Positions 14,626 through 25,760 of a DNA stretch of 64,000 nt are shown piece by piece. Every line of letters begins with the position of its first letter. Position 1 is the first letter of the stretch. Below the pieces are notes generated by a model that was given only the letters and a program-made list of their open reading frames with translations, searched no databases and was not told the origin of the DNA. The position numbers were made by a program, and so were the translations under genes. The stretch lies in NCBI GenBank assembly GCA_013239625.1, contig MU053557.1, positions 193,063 to 257,062 of the forward strand, in the 5' to 3' direction. Origin of the DNA: Lama guanicoe (taxonomy: Eukaryota).

Positions 14626-14969
14626 TCTAGACATAAGGGTACATATAAAAATTGAATTGGGAACACTTAACTGTGTGACGTAGGAAAGAGAAGAAGAACG
14701 TTTCTTGTTCATAGCTGACGCCCCAGAGCACATAGTAGGCGAGCAGGAAGTAGGCAAGCACATAGTAGGTAGCCAATAAACATGTGTTGAGTGAGAGAGC
14801 GAGCGAGCCAATAGATGGGTGAGCAAAAAGCATAGACGTGGATCAGTGATGGGAGCGGGTCAGGTCAATGCGGTAGAAACGGAGGGAACCCAGAGGAAAG
14901 TTACTGGCTGAGGAGAATCTTTGAGGGCTGGTGATTTTTCTAGAAATCCTGGTAAAACTTGTATTAGGC

Positions 14970-15690
14970 ACCCGAGGCCTTCTTGGGAAGACAGGCGCTC
15001 TTGGAACCACTCTGGAAGGCGGCGGAGGAAGGCAGCTGCTCAGGCGGGGGGCTGGCCGAAGGTGGAGCGCGGAGTCTTGTCATCAGGGCCCGGGTTCCCC
15101 CCCCCCCCCACCGGCTGCCCGGCGGCACGCTCGCCCTTCCGAGGGGAGCTGAGGGCCTCCGCTCCCGAGCGCGGCTCCTGCTCCTCCGCACCCTCAGAAG
15201 GAGGCCGAGGCTACGGCGCTCCCCGCCTCCGGGCACCTCGCCGCCTCCTGCCGCTGGACTTTATTTACAGTCTTGAAGGAATGCAGACACCTAGTCGGGC
15301 ACCACGAGGCCTCCGAAAACCCTCTGCAGAGTTTCTCCGAGCAGAATGCCCCACCTGCCCTTCCAGCTCAGAGCGGGGAACGGCTGGCTGTGAGGCAGCC
15401 CGAGGCCTGGGGGAAAGGCAGGCCTGGGAAGGAACGCGGGCCGGGCCCATGCTTTCCGTCGCGGGCTTTGCAGGGGCGCGCGCGGTCTCCGGGGGGCTCG
15501 GCGGGGAGGTGTGGGATGAGGGCTGTGTGCCAGGGGCGCGCGGCCGGCCGGGCGCCCGAGGGCCTGCCTGGGGCCTGGCAGGGCCAGGCGGGGCTTCACG
15601 CACTTCTCATGGTGAGGCCTGTTTTCCACCCTGGGCGAGCACATGACATCACCCTTTTCCAGTTACAGGAAATCCAGCGAGTGCCGGCCA
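14970..15690. promoter_or_regulatory. CpG island (probable promoter or regulatory element; target and direction unresolved)
   Basis: Abrupt GC- and CpG-rich block (GGCGGCGG, GCGCGCGCGG, GCGCGCGGCCGGCCGGGCGCC), C13 run near 15097, GC-box-like motifs. Possible plus-strand donor CATG|GTGAGG near 15611. Confidence 0.85.
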
Positions 15691-16034
15691 CAGCAGTTCC
15701 CTGTGATCCAAGGCAAACACAGCCACCCCTCCTCAGTCCTGGAGGAAAAGCCAGTTCACAGCATCCTTCTGTTGCGCCTGAGAGGCTGACAGTGAATCCA
15801 CTGGGCGGGTGGACAGGAGGCAGTTTTCCAAGGGTATATATGACTGGGGGTCTGGGACACACACGCTTGTCTTTTTCAAGAGCATCCATGTAAAAGTACT
15901 TAGCACAGCGCTTGGCACGTGCTACACGCTCAATAAATGCTTCCTGTTATCCTTACCACCGATGAGGATGGTCCGACCTTATCAGTTAGGGCTTTACTCC
16001 CCCCTCTCTCCCAAACACAGAAAAAGCTTTTGAA

Positions 16035-16633
16035 GTAAAGATTTATTGACATAAAAAATCGACACGTGAAGGAGCAGAAACCGTCCGTGAATAGCTCGAT
16101 GTATGTTTCAAAGTGAATGGCCCCCATGTAACCACCACCCAGATCAACATACGGAAGTAACTTCACCAGCCCCCGGAAGCTTCCTTGTTTCCCTTTAAAA
16201 TCATTATTTTCACTATTCTGACTTCTATATAAGATTAGTTTTTGAAAAGTGAAGTCATTGTTTTAACCACCCCCCAGATAAAAATACAGAACGTTTTCAG
16301 CAAGCCAGATGAATCCCCACTCCACCCAAAGAGAACTGCTCTTTTGACTTCTATTACAATAAATTCTGCTTCTGAATTTATATAAACGGAATTACGCAGA
16401 TTATGCAGTATGTGCTCTTTAGTGTTCTGGCTTCTTTTAGTCAACCATATGCTTTCTTGTTTCAGAGATTCACCCCTGCTGCAGTGTGGAGCAGACGTTT
16501 ATTTCTTCTCCTTGCTGTATGGTGTTGCACTGAATGAATAGTCCACAGTATTTGTCCATTTTATTGTTGAGGAATATTTGTGTAGTTCCCAGGTTTTTTC
16601 CCTATTACAAAAAATGCTGCTGTAAACATTCTT
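16035..16633 (-). mobile_element. Old L1M 3' UTR fragment
   Basis: CCATGTAACCACCACCCAGATCAA...TTTAGTGTTCTGGCTTCTTTTAGTCAAC...TTACAAAAAATGCTGCTGTAAACATTCTT. Confidence 0.8.
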
Positions 16634-17120
16634 TTTCTTTTCAATGAAATATAGTTGTCATACACTATTATATTCGTTTCAGGTGACAGCATGGTGATTC
16701 AACATTTACATACATTACGAACTGATCTCCGTGAAAGGTCTAGTAACCATCTCTCATCAAGCAAAGTTATTACATTAGTATTGACCATATTTCCTATGCT
16801 GTGCACTACATCCCCATGGATGTAACTTATTTTATAACTGGAAGATTGCTCCTTAATCTCCTTCACCCATTTTGCCCAAGCCCTACTCCCCTCCACTCTG
16901 GCAACCACCAGTTTGTTCTTTGCATCTATGAGTCTGTTTCTGTTTAATTTTGTTTGCTCATTTGTGTTTTTTTTTTCAATTCCACATATGAGTGAAATCA
17001 TACAGTATTTGTCATTCTCTGTCTGATTTATTTCACTTAGCACACTACCCTTTAGGTCCATCCATGATGTCACAAGTGGCAAGATTTCATTCTTTTTTTT
17101 ATAGCTGAGTAGTACTCCAT

Positions 17121-17174
<54 letters not shown>

Positions 17175-18610
17175 CACACACACACCACATCTTCTTGAAT
17201 CATTCATCTCTCAGTGGGCACTTAGGTTGCTTCCATATGTTGGCTATTGTAAATAATGCCACTATGACCATAGCATATATTTTTTCCAATTAATGTTTTT
17301 ATTTTCTTTAGATAAATACCCAGAAGTGGAATTGCTGGATTATATACTAGTTCTCCTTTCAATTTTTCGAGGAGTATCCATACTGTTTTCCATATTGGCT
17401 GCACCAATTTACTCTTCCAACAATGCACAATGGTTCCTTTTGTCTCTATCATTGCCAACACTTATTTGTTGTCTTTTTGATAACAGCCATTCTGAGAGGT
17501 GTGAAGTGTTACCTCATCATAGTTTTCATCTGCATTTCTCTCATGATTAATAATGTTGAGCATCTTTTCATGTGTCTGTTGGACATTTCTATATCTTCCT
17601 TGGGAAAAAGTCTGAGCCCACTTAAAAACTGGATTTTTTTTTATGTTGAGATGTGTGAGTTTTTCATATATTTTGGATGTTAACCCCTTATCAGACATAT
17701 CATTTGCAAATATCTTTTCCTGTTCAGTAGGTTGCTTTTTCATTTTGTTGATCATTTCCTTCACTGTGCAAAAGCTTTTTAGTTTAACATAGTCCCATTT
17801 GTTTATTTTTGCTTTTGTTGCCCTTGCCTAAGGAGATAGATCTAGAAAGATAAGGCTAAGACCAATGCCAAAGAACATACTGCCTGTATTTTCTTTTAGG
17901 AGTTTGATGGTTTTGGGTCTTACATTTAAGCCATTAATCCATTTTGAGTTTATTTTTGTATATGGTGTAAGAAAGTGGTCCAGCTTTAGTCTTTTGCATG
18001 TAGCTGTCCGGTTTTTGCAAATCATTTATTAAAGAGACTAACTTTTCTCTACTGTATATTCTAAGCTCATTTGTTGTCAATTAATTGCTTTTGTAAGTGT
18101 GGGGTTTTTTTCCTGGGCTCTCGATTCTGTTGCATTGATGTATGTGTCTGTTTTTGTGCTAGTGCCGTATGATTTTGGTCACTATAGCTTTGTAGTACAG
18201 TTTCAAGTCAGAAAGCATCATACCTCCAGCTTTGCTCTTCTTTCTTCAGATTGCTTTGGCTTTTCCGGGTCTTTTGTGGTTCCATACAAGTTTTAGGATT
18301 ATTTGCTCCAGTTCTGTGAAAAATGTCACTAGTATTTTGACAGGGATTGCACTGAATCTGTAGGTTGCTTTGGATAGTATGAACATTTCAACAATATTAA
18401 TTCTTCCAAGCCATGACATAGAATCTCTTTCCATTTATTTGTTTCATTCTCCAATTTCTTTCATTGATGTCTTACAGCTTTCAGAGTATAGGTCTCGCAC
18501 CTCCTTGGTTAAATGTTTTCCTAGATATTTTCTTCTTTTCGATGCAATTGTTAATGAAATTGTTTTCTTAATTTCTTTAGTTTACAGAAACACAACAGAT
18601 TTCTGTATAC
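16634..18610 (-). mobile_element. L1 (L1MA-like), 5'-truncated, disabled ORF2 C-terminal region plus 3' UTR
   Basis: ORF-track peptides match L1 ORF2 but are split by stops and frameshifts: [72 protein letters not shown]...[11 protein letters not shown]. Confidence 0.95.
17121..17184. repeat. Compound (TG)n(TA)n(CA)n microsatellite within the L1 3' UTR
   Basis: Direct read; quasi-palindromic arrangement. Confidence 0.95.
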
Positions 18611-18638
18611 CCAATGGGAGGAAGGAAATTATTTAAGC

Positions 18639-18822
18639 CAGTGGCTCTCAGACTTGAGTGTCCATCAGATTCACGTGGCAGGCTGGCTGAAATATAGTTT
18701 ACTGGGCCCAACCCAGAGAGAGAGTCGGTAGGTCCAGGGTGCGAACTGAGAATCTGCATTTCTGACCAATTCAAGATGGTATTGATATTGCTGGTCCAAA
18801 GATTACATTCTGAGAGGCCCTG
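18639..18822. mobile_element. MER5A-like hAT (Charlie) non-autonomous DNA transposon
   Basis: CAGTGGCTCTCAGACTTGAGTGTCCATCAGATTCAC...GAGAATCTGCATTTCTGACCAATTC...TTCTGAGAGGCCCTG, with degenerate TIRs. Confidence 0.8.
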
Positions 18823-19435
18823 GCTGATGTAAACAGTGAGAGAGGAGGGGACAAGAATAGAAAAGGCACTGGGCCAGAGGGTTAGCTGTATGAGTTTTAT
18901 TTCCTTTCAGAACCCCGTCCTTTGTTTTACAGGATCCAGACCCTTGTTATCTATTTACTTCTATCACCAGTCCATGTGCCTATCAGGTCTGAGAGCCATG
19001 GAGAGGTGACTGAGCGGGACAAAGGCGGGGAGGGTCAACTGGTAGAGAAGGAAGACGAGGCCGTGAACTTGGTGAATGAGACTGCTGCTCTGGGACTTCC
19101 TAGAATCCAGGTTGCCCTTTCCAGAGTGAGAACTGACATTGGCCTGATCTTCTGCAAGGAGGGCTGGAGATTAGAGAGCCGTATCAGGATGTAGACGTTT
19201 GACCAGTCCAAAATGGGGAGTGTGGACAGCCAGGCCTCCAACAGGGAAGGTTCAAACCACAGAAGCGGCCCTTGAATCGCTCACCCATGTTTCTGTACTG
19301 ATACGTGAACCCAACGAAGCCAGAGTTGTCCTACCAAACTGCACTCCATGTGTCTCCCACCAAACAACTGCAGAAAGGACGAAAACCAAGGAGGAGGCTG
19401 TTGGGACACTCCCCATGGAGGACCTGGAGACTCAC

Positions 19436-19648
19436 CTGGGGAAAGGGAGCATCGGGAGGTTAAGCAATTGGCTCTGCTACGTATTCGTCAATATTGGACT
19501 TTGAGTCTGGAATGCGGTTTGAAGAAAAATATTTTCTTCTTAACAGATTGTCCTTGGGCAAGGAAGAATGTCAACAAACCCAAGGAAAAGCTCTACCTGC
19601 AGCTATCTGCCTTAGCAGAGGTGTTTGTTTTTCTCTCTCTAGCTTCAT
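19436..19648 (-). CDS. Candidate two-exon small ORF (19648-19597, 19506-19436): MKLEREKQTPLLRQIAA/DSKSNIDEYVAEPIA*
   Basis: CAG|GTAGAG donor, 90-nt intron, TTTTCTTCAAACCGCATTCCAG acceptor, compatible phase. A strong CAG|GTGAGT donor follows the stop; minus-strand AATAAA near 18896-18901. Peptide not recognised. Confidence 0.15.
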
Positions 19649-20846
19649 ATGTTGCTTTAGGTGAAAATCATAGTGATTAATTTCAGGCACTGTTGGCTTT
19701 TGCTGCGCAATAGGTTTGACAGATCCCTGAGAGGCCCTGTTTTGCTGGTCATAAAGGAGACATGTTGATGTTAGATGTTTCAAGTCATTTTGAGAGTGGA
19801 TGTGATGTTAATTTTCGTTTGGCAAGTATTTCTCAAGTACCTACTGTGTGCTAGGCACTGTTAGGTGCTAATGTTATCAATTGTGAAAAGAGCTTTGATC
19901 CCAAAGTATTAAGACCTGGGTTTGAGTCCCAGCTCTCCAGCTTACTAGCTATACGTCACTGAGCTTTTCAGAACCTAAGTTCCATCTGTAAAATGGGTCC
20001 ACACTCAGCATTTGGGGTTGCTCCAAAATGACTTCAAAAATCGTAAAAAGCCAATAAACATAAGATGGTATTCTTGTAGCATTAGCGCTATCCTCTCTTG
20101 GCAAGATTTACCAGACTTGCTTTCTCAGCATGATTCACTGGACTCTCTTGTGTGGCCTGAGGTCAGCACAGAGCCTGGCACATTCATAGAAGGAAGGAAA
20201 GATGGGAGGCGGGGCGGTGCAACTTGCAGGTCCTCAGTCTTCACATTTCAGTTTCAGTTCTCCCAGAGCAAAGGTCCGAGATGTGGGTAAATGAACTGGC
20301 GAGGCAGGAGCTGAGTTACGCCTGTGCCGACTCATCTAGACCGGGCCTGGGCACGGACCCACGTTCTCCTGCCTCCAGACCCCTCAACCTTTAAGACTAC
20401 TTTACTGCCAAGCTGTAGTAGCTGAAAAATAAACACAGATCTTCCACTGCCCACCTCACTGGGCAGCGGTGAAGATCAAACAAGATAGTAAATGCGTCTG
20501 CTATACAAACTAGTTGGTTCCTTATCTCTGTTTTTATTTACACATGTCTCTTTTCAATGAAAGGCTTAAAAGGAGGTCTTATATTCTTTTGTTGGCTTGC
20601 AAGGGTCTTCATCTCTCATGAACTTGGGAAACTACTTGTGGTGGAAAAGTGAAAACAAGGAAAAAAAAAAAAAGAAAAGCTTTTGAAACCCCTTGGTAGA
20701 AAGACCACAGGAAAAACAATGGGTCTCAACAGAGGAGAGAAAGAATGTTGGTGTGAAAGGGAGAGGAGGGTATTAATGATCATCAGCCAGCAAGGAGGGC
20801 AGGAAGGACAGGGTGATCAGGAGCCCGTGGTCCATGGTAGAGCTGA

Positions 20847-23120
20847 TCAGAGCGAACTCTGGTTGCTATGGCAACAGGACCATCCTCCCGGAGTGGAGAT
20901 GGCTGGTCCATCAGAGGTCAGATCCTCCTCTCTTCTCTTCAGCTTTGGCATTTGCTTGGCAAGGACCTCTGCTTTGCTGACTATGACCTGCACTGCGTCC
21001 TTGTTCTGTATGTGAGCCTCAAGAGCAGGGCACTCTTCACAGGCTCACAGGGCCAGGACAGGTGTGCAAACAGGGGAAGTTTTCAGGCAAAAGAAACAGG
21101 GAGTCTGGGGCATTGGAGAGGCTCAAGAACAAACGCCTGAGCGAAAGGTGGCAGCTGCTCCAGTTGAAGCCAGTCCGGAACATGATCCAGTTTTTCTAGA
21201 TCCAATTTTTTAAGAAAAGCAAGAAATCTGGATTTTAAAAGTGAAATCTCCTGGTTTTAAATGTTAGAAATATTGTGTGGGGTCAAGACAATATCTTTCT
21301 GATTTTGTTTGTGATCTCTAGTTTAAACCTTCATGTTTATCACAAACATACTTTGATTTATTTGTGTGAATTTCTCTTAAGAACCATCACTATAAGCTCT
21401 GTGTATGCCTCACTATTTTGGAGCACCCTGACCCCTTCTGTCCTAGAAGAGTTACTGCCCACCTGTTTGGGACACGGGCAGTATGATGCGGTGGTTATGA
21501 ACTTGGGCTCTGGAGTTGGACAGCCTTGGGCTTGAATTCCTGTTTTATCTCTTCCTGGCTGTGTGACCTCAGATCAGACACTGAACTTTTCTGAGCCTTG
21601 GGTTTCTAATTTGACATGGAGGTAATTATACTTGGTTCTTCAAAGGGATATTGTTAAGAATTAAATGAAATACATATAAACTACTAGATGCCATGCCTAG
21701 CGTAAGTGAACACTGAATAAACATTAAATAGTCTCATTGTTGATAACAAACTATTGAGTAGTTCATTTTTCAGGCATTTTTGTTTAATCTCACCAAACAT
21801 TCTTCTTTAAGGCAGAAATTCTCTCTCACACTTCTGGTTTATAACTTTCAGAGTCATGGGCCCAGCCCAGGTTCTCAAATGCTGGATAATAATGTTTACC
21901 ACCACCACCACCACCATCATCATCACTGCCATTACTACTGTCAACATTGTCATCTCCGCCACCATAACTGTCACCATCATCATCATTATCACCACCACCA
22001 TGATCACTATCAACATCATCACCTCCACCACCATAATTGTCACCATCATTTTTATCATCTTAACTGTCATTGTCATCATCATCACCTCCACCGTCATAAC
22101 TGTCACCACCATCATTATCACCGTAACTGTCACCACCACCGTCATTACCATTATCATCATCATCATGACTACCATTACCACGGTCAACATCATGGCCCTG
22201 ACCGTCATAGCTGCCACCATCATCACTATCATCTCTAGAGCTACCATTTACCAGATACATTATGTCTCGGCTCCTATATTGGTACTTTCCATATCTGTTT
22301 GGTTTCTATTATCACAGCAACTCTATGAACTGGGAATTTCCCCCCTTCTGTCCCCACATTGTGAACAAGGATGGCTGGGTGCTAAGGAATTAAATGCCTT
22401 GCTCGAGCTCACCACTACAGAACATCAGGACTAGATTCAGACCCAGGCCCCTCTGACTCCAAAACCTGGGCTATCTTCTTTACACCAGACTTACGATCAA
22501 TTTGGGAAACAGAGGTGGTGGAAGCTACAGATCACACAGTGGGTCTTTGCAAAGCTCGGCATTCTGAGGTGCGAGTCCCTTTGTATTTGGGTACATTGCT
22601 ATCATTTTGTCTTTTTCAGATGGCTGATAGCAGTTTATTTATAACTGAGGACTGACAGTCTGTTTATCCAAATAGCTCTTTGAAAAGTTCCAATTAAGGT
22701 TCGCCCACATCTCTGAAGGCTGGTGGTGGACAGCCAGAGCCATGCTATCTGTACTGCTTGCTAAGGTACAAAACACAGCAAAACGCCATCCTCAAGAGAA
22801 GCCCTGATTGGGGCCAGGACAGCCACACCCCAAGGGAGGTCAATTCCAAACATAGCCTCTAGAATGGACGCTGACCACCTGCCAGGTCACGTCCTCTGTT
22901 GTGATGAACTATCCTGGATGAGGCATTGTATCACTGCTACGACGGGGAAGTCCTCAGTCTCGTGTGACTTTCAAAAGGTGCGTTTCTTCTCAGCCCTCAT
23001 TTACAGCCTCAGCCAGGAGGATATGACTTTCCTTCTCACCCTCTGCCACATCATCGAGAGGTCGTGGTAGACTTGCGTTTGGTCAGTCCGCAACAACAGA
23101 GCAGCTTCTGGGGCCGGGTC
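20847..23120 (-). CDS. Candidate last two coding exons (23120-23040; 21005-20847) of an unidentified gene
   Basis: 81-nt exon with CTCTCTGATGCTCAGCCTAG acceptor and AGG|GTGAGA donor (DPAPEAALLLRTDQTQVYHDLSMMWQR), spliced in phase 0 to NKDAVQVIVSKAEVLAKQMPKLKRREEDLTSDGPAISTPGGWSCCHSNQSSL*. Minus-strand AATAAA at 20533-20538. The second acceptor is weak and no homologue is recognised. Confidence 0.22.
20862..20875. promoter_or_regulatory. Near-perfect palindromic RFX X-box GTTGCTATGGCAAC
   Basis: One base from the canonical GTTGCCATGGCAAC, in non-repetitive sequence. Confidence 0.65.
21478..21725 (+). mobile_element. MIR SINE
   Basis: GCAGTATGATGCGGTGGTTATGAACTTGGGCTCTGGAG...GCTGTGTGACCTCAG...AATTAAATGAAATACATATAAA. 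Confidence 0.85.
21897..22235. repeat. Degenerate (CAC/CAT)n trinucleotide array with higher-order units
   Basis: Direct read; recurring unit similar to CATCACCTCCACCACCATAACTGTCACCATCAT. It produces the poly-His, poly-Thr/Ile and poly-Met/Val ORFs in the track. Confidence 0.95.
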
Positions 23121-23384
23121 CTAGGCTGAGCATCAGAGAGACACTAAGGATACAGGATTCAGAGCCTTGGCTGCTGTCGGGGAAGAGATGAGGCCAGATG
23201 TGTAAGCTGGGGTTGGCCTAGGGGAGTGCTTGGTATCACGATGCCCTATGTGCAACTGTGATTCTGCACTTTGAGTGACTGCATGGAAGTGAAAGAACTT
23301 AATCAGCAGACACAGCGTAGCCTAGAGAGAAGCTTATCAGACGTCTTCTGTCACGAACTTGCTCTGTCAGCTTGGGCTGGCTGC

Positions 23385-23612
23385 TTCGTCTGGAGTCAAA
23401 TTGTCTGGGCCTGATTCCCAGCCTTGCCGCATTCTAGCTGTGTGACTTTGGCAGGCTGGGTAATTCCTCTGAGCCTCAGTTTTGTTTTCTGTGCAATCAG
23501 GATACAAGTAGATTTCGCACAGAGGTGTTACGAGAATTAAACAGGATAATGCATGTGAAGCACTTAACACTGTGCCTGGCACGTAGATAGACGAATGAGT
23601 GTTAGTTATAAT
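23385..23612 (+). mobile_element. MIR SINE
   Basis: TCTGGAGTCAAATTGTCTGGG...TAGCTGTGTGACTTTGGCAGG...CTCTGAGCCTCAGTTT...GCACTTAACACTGTGCCTGGCACGTAG. Confidence 0.85.
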
Positions 23613-23649
23613 AAGAAGAATTTTAATTTGTCAATATTATTATTAGTAT

Positions 23650-24995
23650 GTTCCAGGGCTCAGTGCTCAGTTTTGTTCTCCTTTACAGCCACACTCACTC
23701 TCCAGATGACCTCATCCTCTCTTGACTTTAAATACTGTCTCCAAAATTTATACCTCAAGTCTCAGTTCCTCTCCTGAGCTTCACACTCATACACATACAC
23801 ACAAAGATATGCACACATATGTATATGTGTGTATATATAGGTTTTTTTGGCATAGCCCTTAATAGGCCTTTCAAACTCTGCAAGTCCATCACCTAACTTT
23901 TGCTCCCCCTCTACTGCATCAAACCTTCTCTCCCAGCTCGGCAACGTCAGCCCCACTTTTCCTGATGCTCAAGCCAAAAAGCTTGGTGTCACCTTTGACT
24001 CCTGTGTCTTACCACCATTTGTCTCCTATATCAGTAAATCTTGTGGGTGCTCTGTTCAAACCCAGAATCCAGCCACTTTTATCAGCTCCACCACTTCCGC
24101 TCTGGTCCCAGCCATCATCCTACCTCCCCCGTGTTATTGCAACAGCTTCCTCACTGGTCTCCTGGCTTCTGTGCTTGCCCTTCTTCATTCTGCTCTCACA
24201 CGGCAGCTGGAGGGGTCTCACTAAAACGTCAGTCAGATCATGTCCCTGCCCTGCTCAGTAGGTTCCAATGGCTTCCCGTCCCCCTGAGAATGACATAAAG
24301 TTCCAAGCAGCCTGCAAGATTCCTCTGCCCTGGCTCACAGCCTCATCTTCCCAGGAGAGGTGGGGCTGGCAGGAGAGGGCTGCCTGGCAGGAGCTGGGGC
24401 CACAGAGGAGGGTGGCCAGAAGATGGTGAGGAGAATAAGGAGGGACAGGGACAAGATATGTCAGCTCTTCTCTCTTCTTGCCTCTCCTCTCTTGTGTCCA
24501 CAAACCAAACCCAACCACCTAAGCTCACAGGTAAGGGGGCCCTGATGGAGCAGCCCAGACAAAGACAGTAGCAACAGACACCTTCTCCCTGAGCTCTGCA
24601 CCAAGGACGCCCCTGCTCAGGGCTCCATCTTGCCTGTTCCTTCTGCCTGGAATGCTCTTCCCTGATACCACATGGCTCATCCCTTATGCCCTTCACGTTG
24701 CTGCTCAGATGGTGCCAAAGAGGTCTTCCACATCTGCCCTCCAAGGGAGAAACCCCATCCCTTGTCCTCCTTTACTCTCTTACTCTTTATCATGTCTTAC
24801 TTTTCTTCCTAGCGCATATCCCCTTCTGACCTGGCATGTACTTAATTATTTTATTTATTGCTTCTCTCCCCATCCTAGAATGTAAGCTCCCTGAGAACAG
24901 GATTTTGTCTTGTTCACTGTTGAAGAGCATGTGTACAGTCGGCAATCAAAATAAATATCTGTCTTCTTATGGAGCAAGGAAAGAAGGAAGGAAGG
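23650..24995 (+). mobile_element. L2 LINE, interrupted at ~24352-24580
   Basis: GCTCAAGCCAAAAAGCTTGGTGTCACCTTTGACTCC, TCAGATCATGTCCCTGCCCTGCTCA, CCTTCTGCCTGGAATGCTCTTCCC and CTAGAATGTAAGCTCCCTGAGAACAGG. Confidence 0.85.
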
Positions 24996-25572
24996 AACGT
25001 TACATGTTTCATCTTTCTCGTCTCTGGAGAGCAGTGGTTGGGTTAGATGATCCCTCCAGCTGAAACATTTTATCACTCCATCAGGTCAGTAGAATTCAGA
25101 TAAAGGGTTCTCAGCTCACATATCTTAGCAAAGCCAGATCACTCAGGAAACCAGAATCCCTTCTCACAATAAATTATGGCACTCACTACCCCACCCAAAG
25201 TCTCATGAACTGAATCAGATTGTCCTTAAAAAGATGGTCTTGAGCAAAATTCAAACCTGCTCACTCTTAACCTCAGTGCTGGTTATTTTCCATTTGCTGA
25301 CTGCAACCTTTTCTTCTCTGACATCTGCTCCTCCTCCCTTTCTGTGCCTCAGGAGGCTGGTGCGTGGACTGCTCCATCGGGCTCCCTTGCCTGCAGGCTT
25401 GGGTGGCTGGGTTTGGTTCATGGACGCCGAAGAGGAGAGGCAGGAAGAGAGAGGGGCTGGCACATCTTGTCCCTGTTCTTCCTTATTCTCCTCACTGTCT
25501 TCTGGTCACCCTCCTCTGCGGCCCCAGCTCCTGCCAGGCAGCCCTCTTCTGCCAGCCTCAGCTCTACAGGGC
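24352..25572. repeat. Diverged inverted repeat, ~205-bp arms (24352-24557 vs 25365-25572), ~0.8-kb spacer
   Basis: The reverse complement of arm 1 aligns almost without gaps to arm 2. Also visible as near-identical ORF peptides LGGWVWF[VM]D..EERQEER...SSGHPPL.PQLLPGSPLLPA on opposite strands. Confidence 0.95.
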
Positions 25573-25760
25573 TCCCACAACACCCCTTCTTTTCAGCTTC
25601 AGGGGTGGATATGTCTTCTTGCTCTTGTTGGTCCCTGAAGCTGCAACATCCTTTGTTGGCTCCATTTACCCTATAAATACTTCCTTTATTAAAGTCTCTT
25701 CAATTAAACCCTCTGAGTGGAATTCTGTTTCTGTCTGCCAGGACTTTGACGGCTGTGAGT
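25330..25760 (+). mobile_element. LTR16-like (ERVL) solo LTR
   Basis: 3' end TTCCTTTATTAAAGTCTCTTCAATTAAACCCTCTGAGTGGAATTCTGTTTCTGTCTGCCAGGACTTTGAC resembles the LTR16 family; family assigned by eye. Confidence 0.6.

Noticed and set aside
14921..15893. Long overlapping ORFs (241 aa, 206 aa and others) on both strands
   Set aside because: They coincide with the CpG island, are Gly/Pro/Arg/Ala-rich, often lack ATG starts and have no recognisable domain; stop-codon scarcity in GC-rich DNA explains them.
21780..22434. Poly-His and Thr/Ile-rich ORFs resembling metal-binding or mucin/membrane proteins
   Set aside because: Translation artefacts of a (CAY)n simple repeat running into a MIR.
22495..22563. 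Minus-strand exon-like unit with a GTAAGT donor
   Set aside because: Stops in all three frames; at most non-coding.
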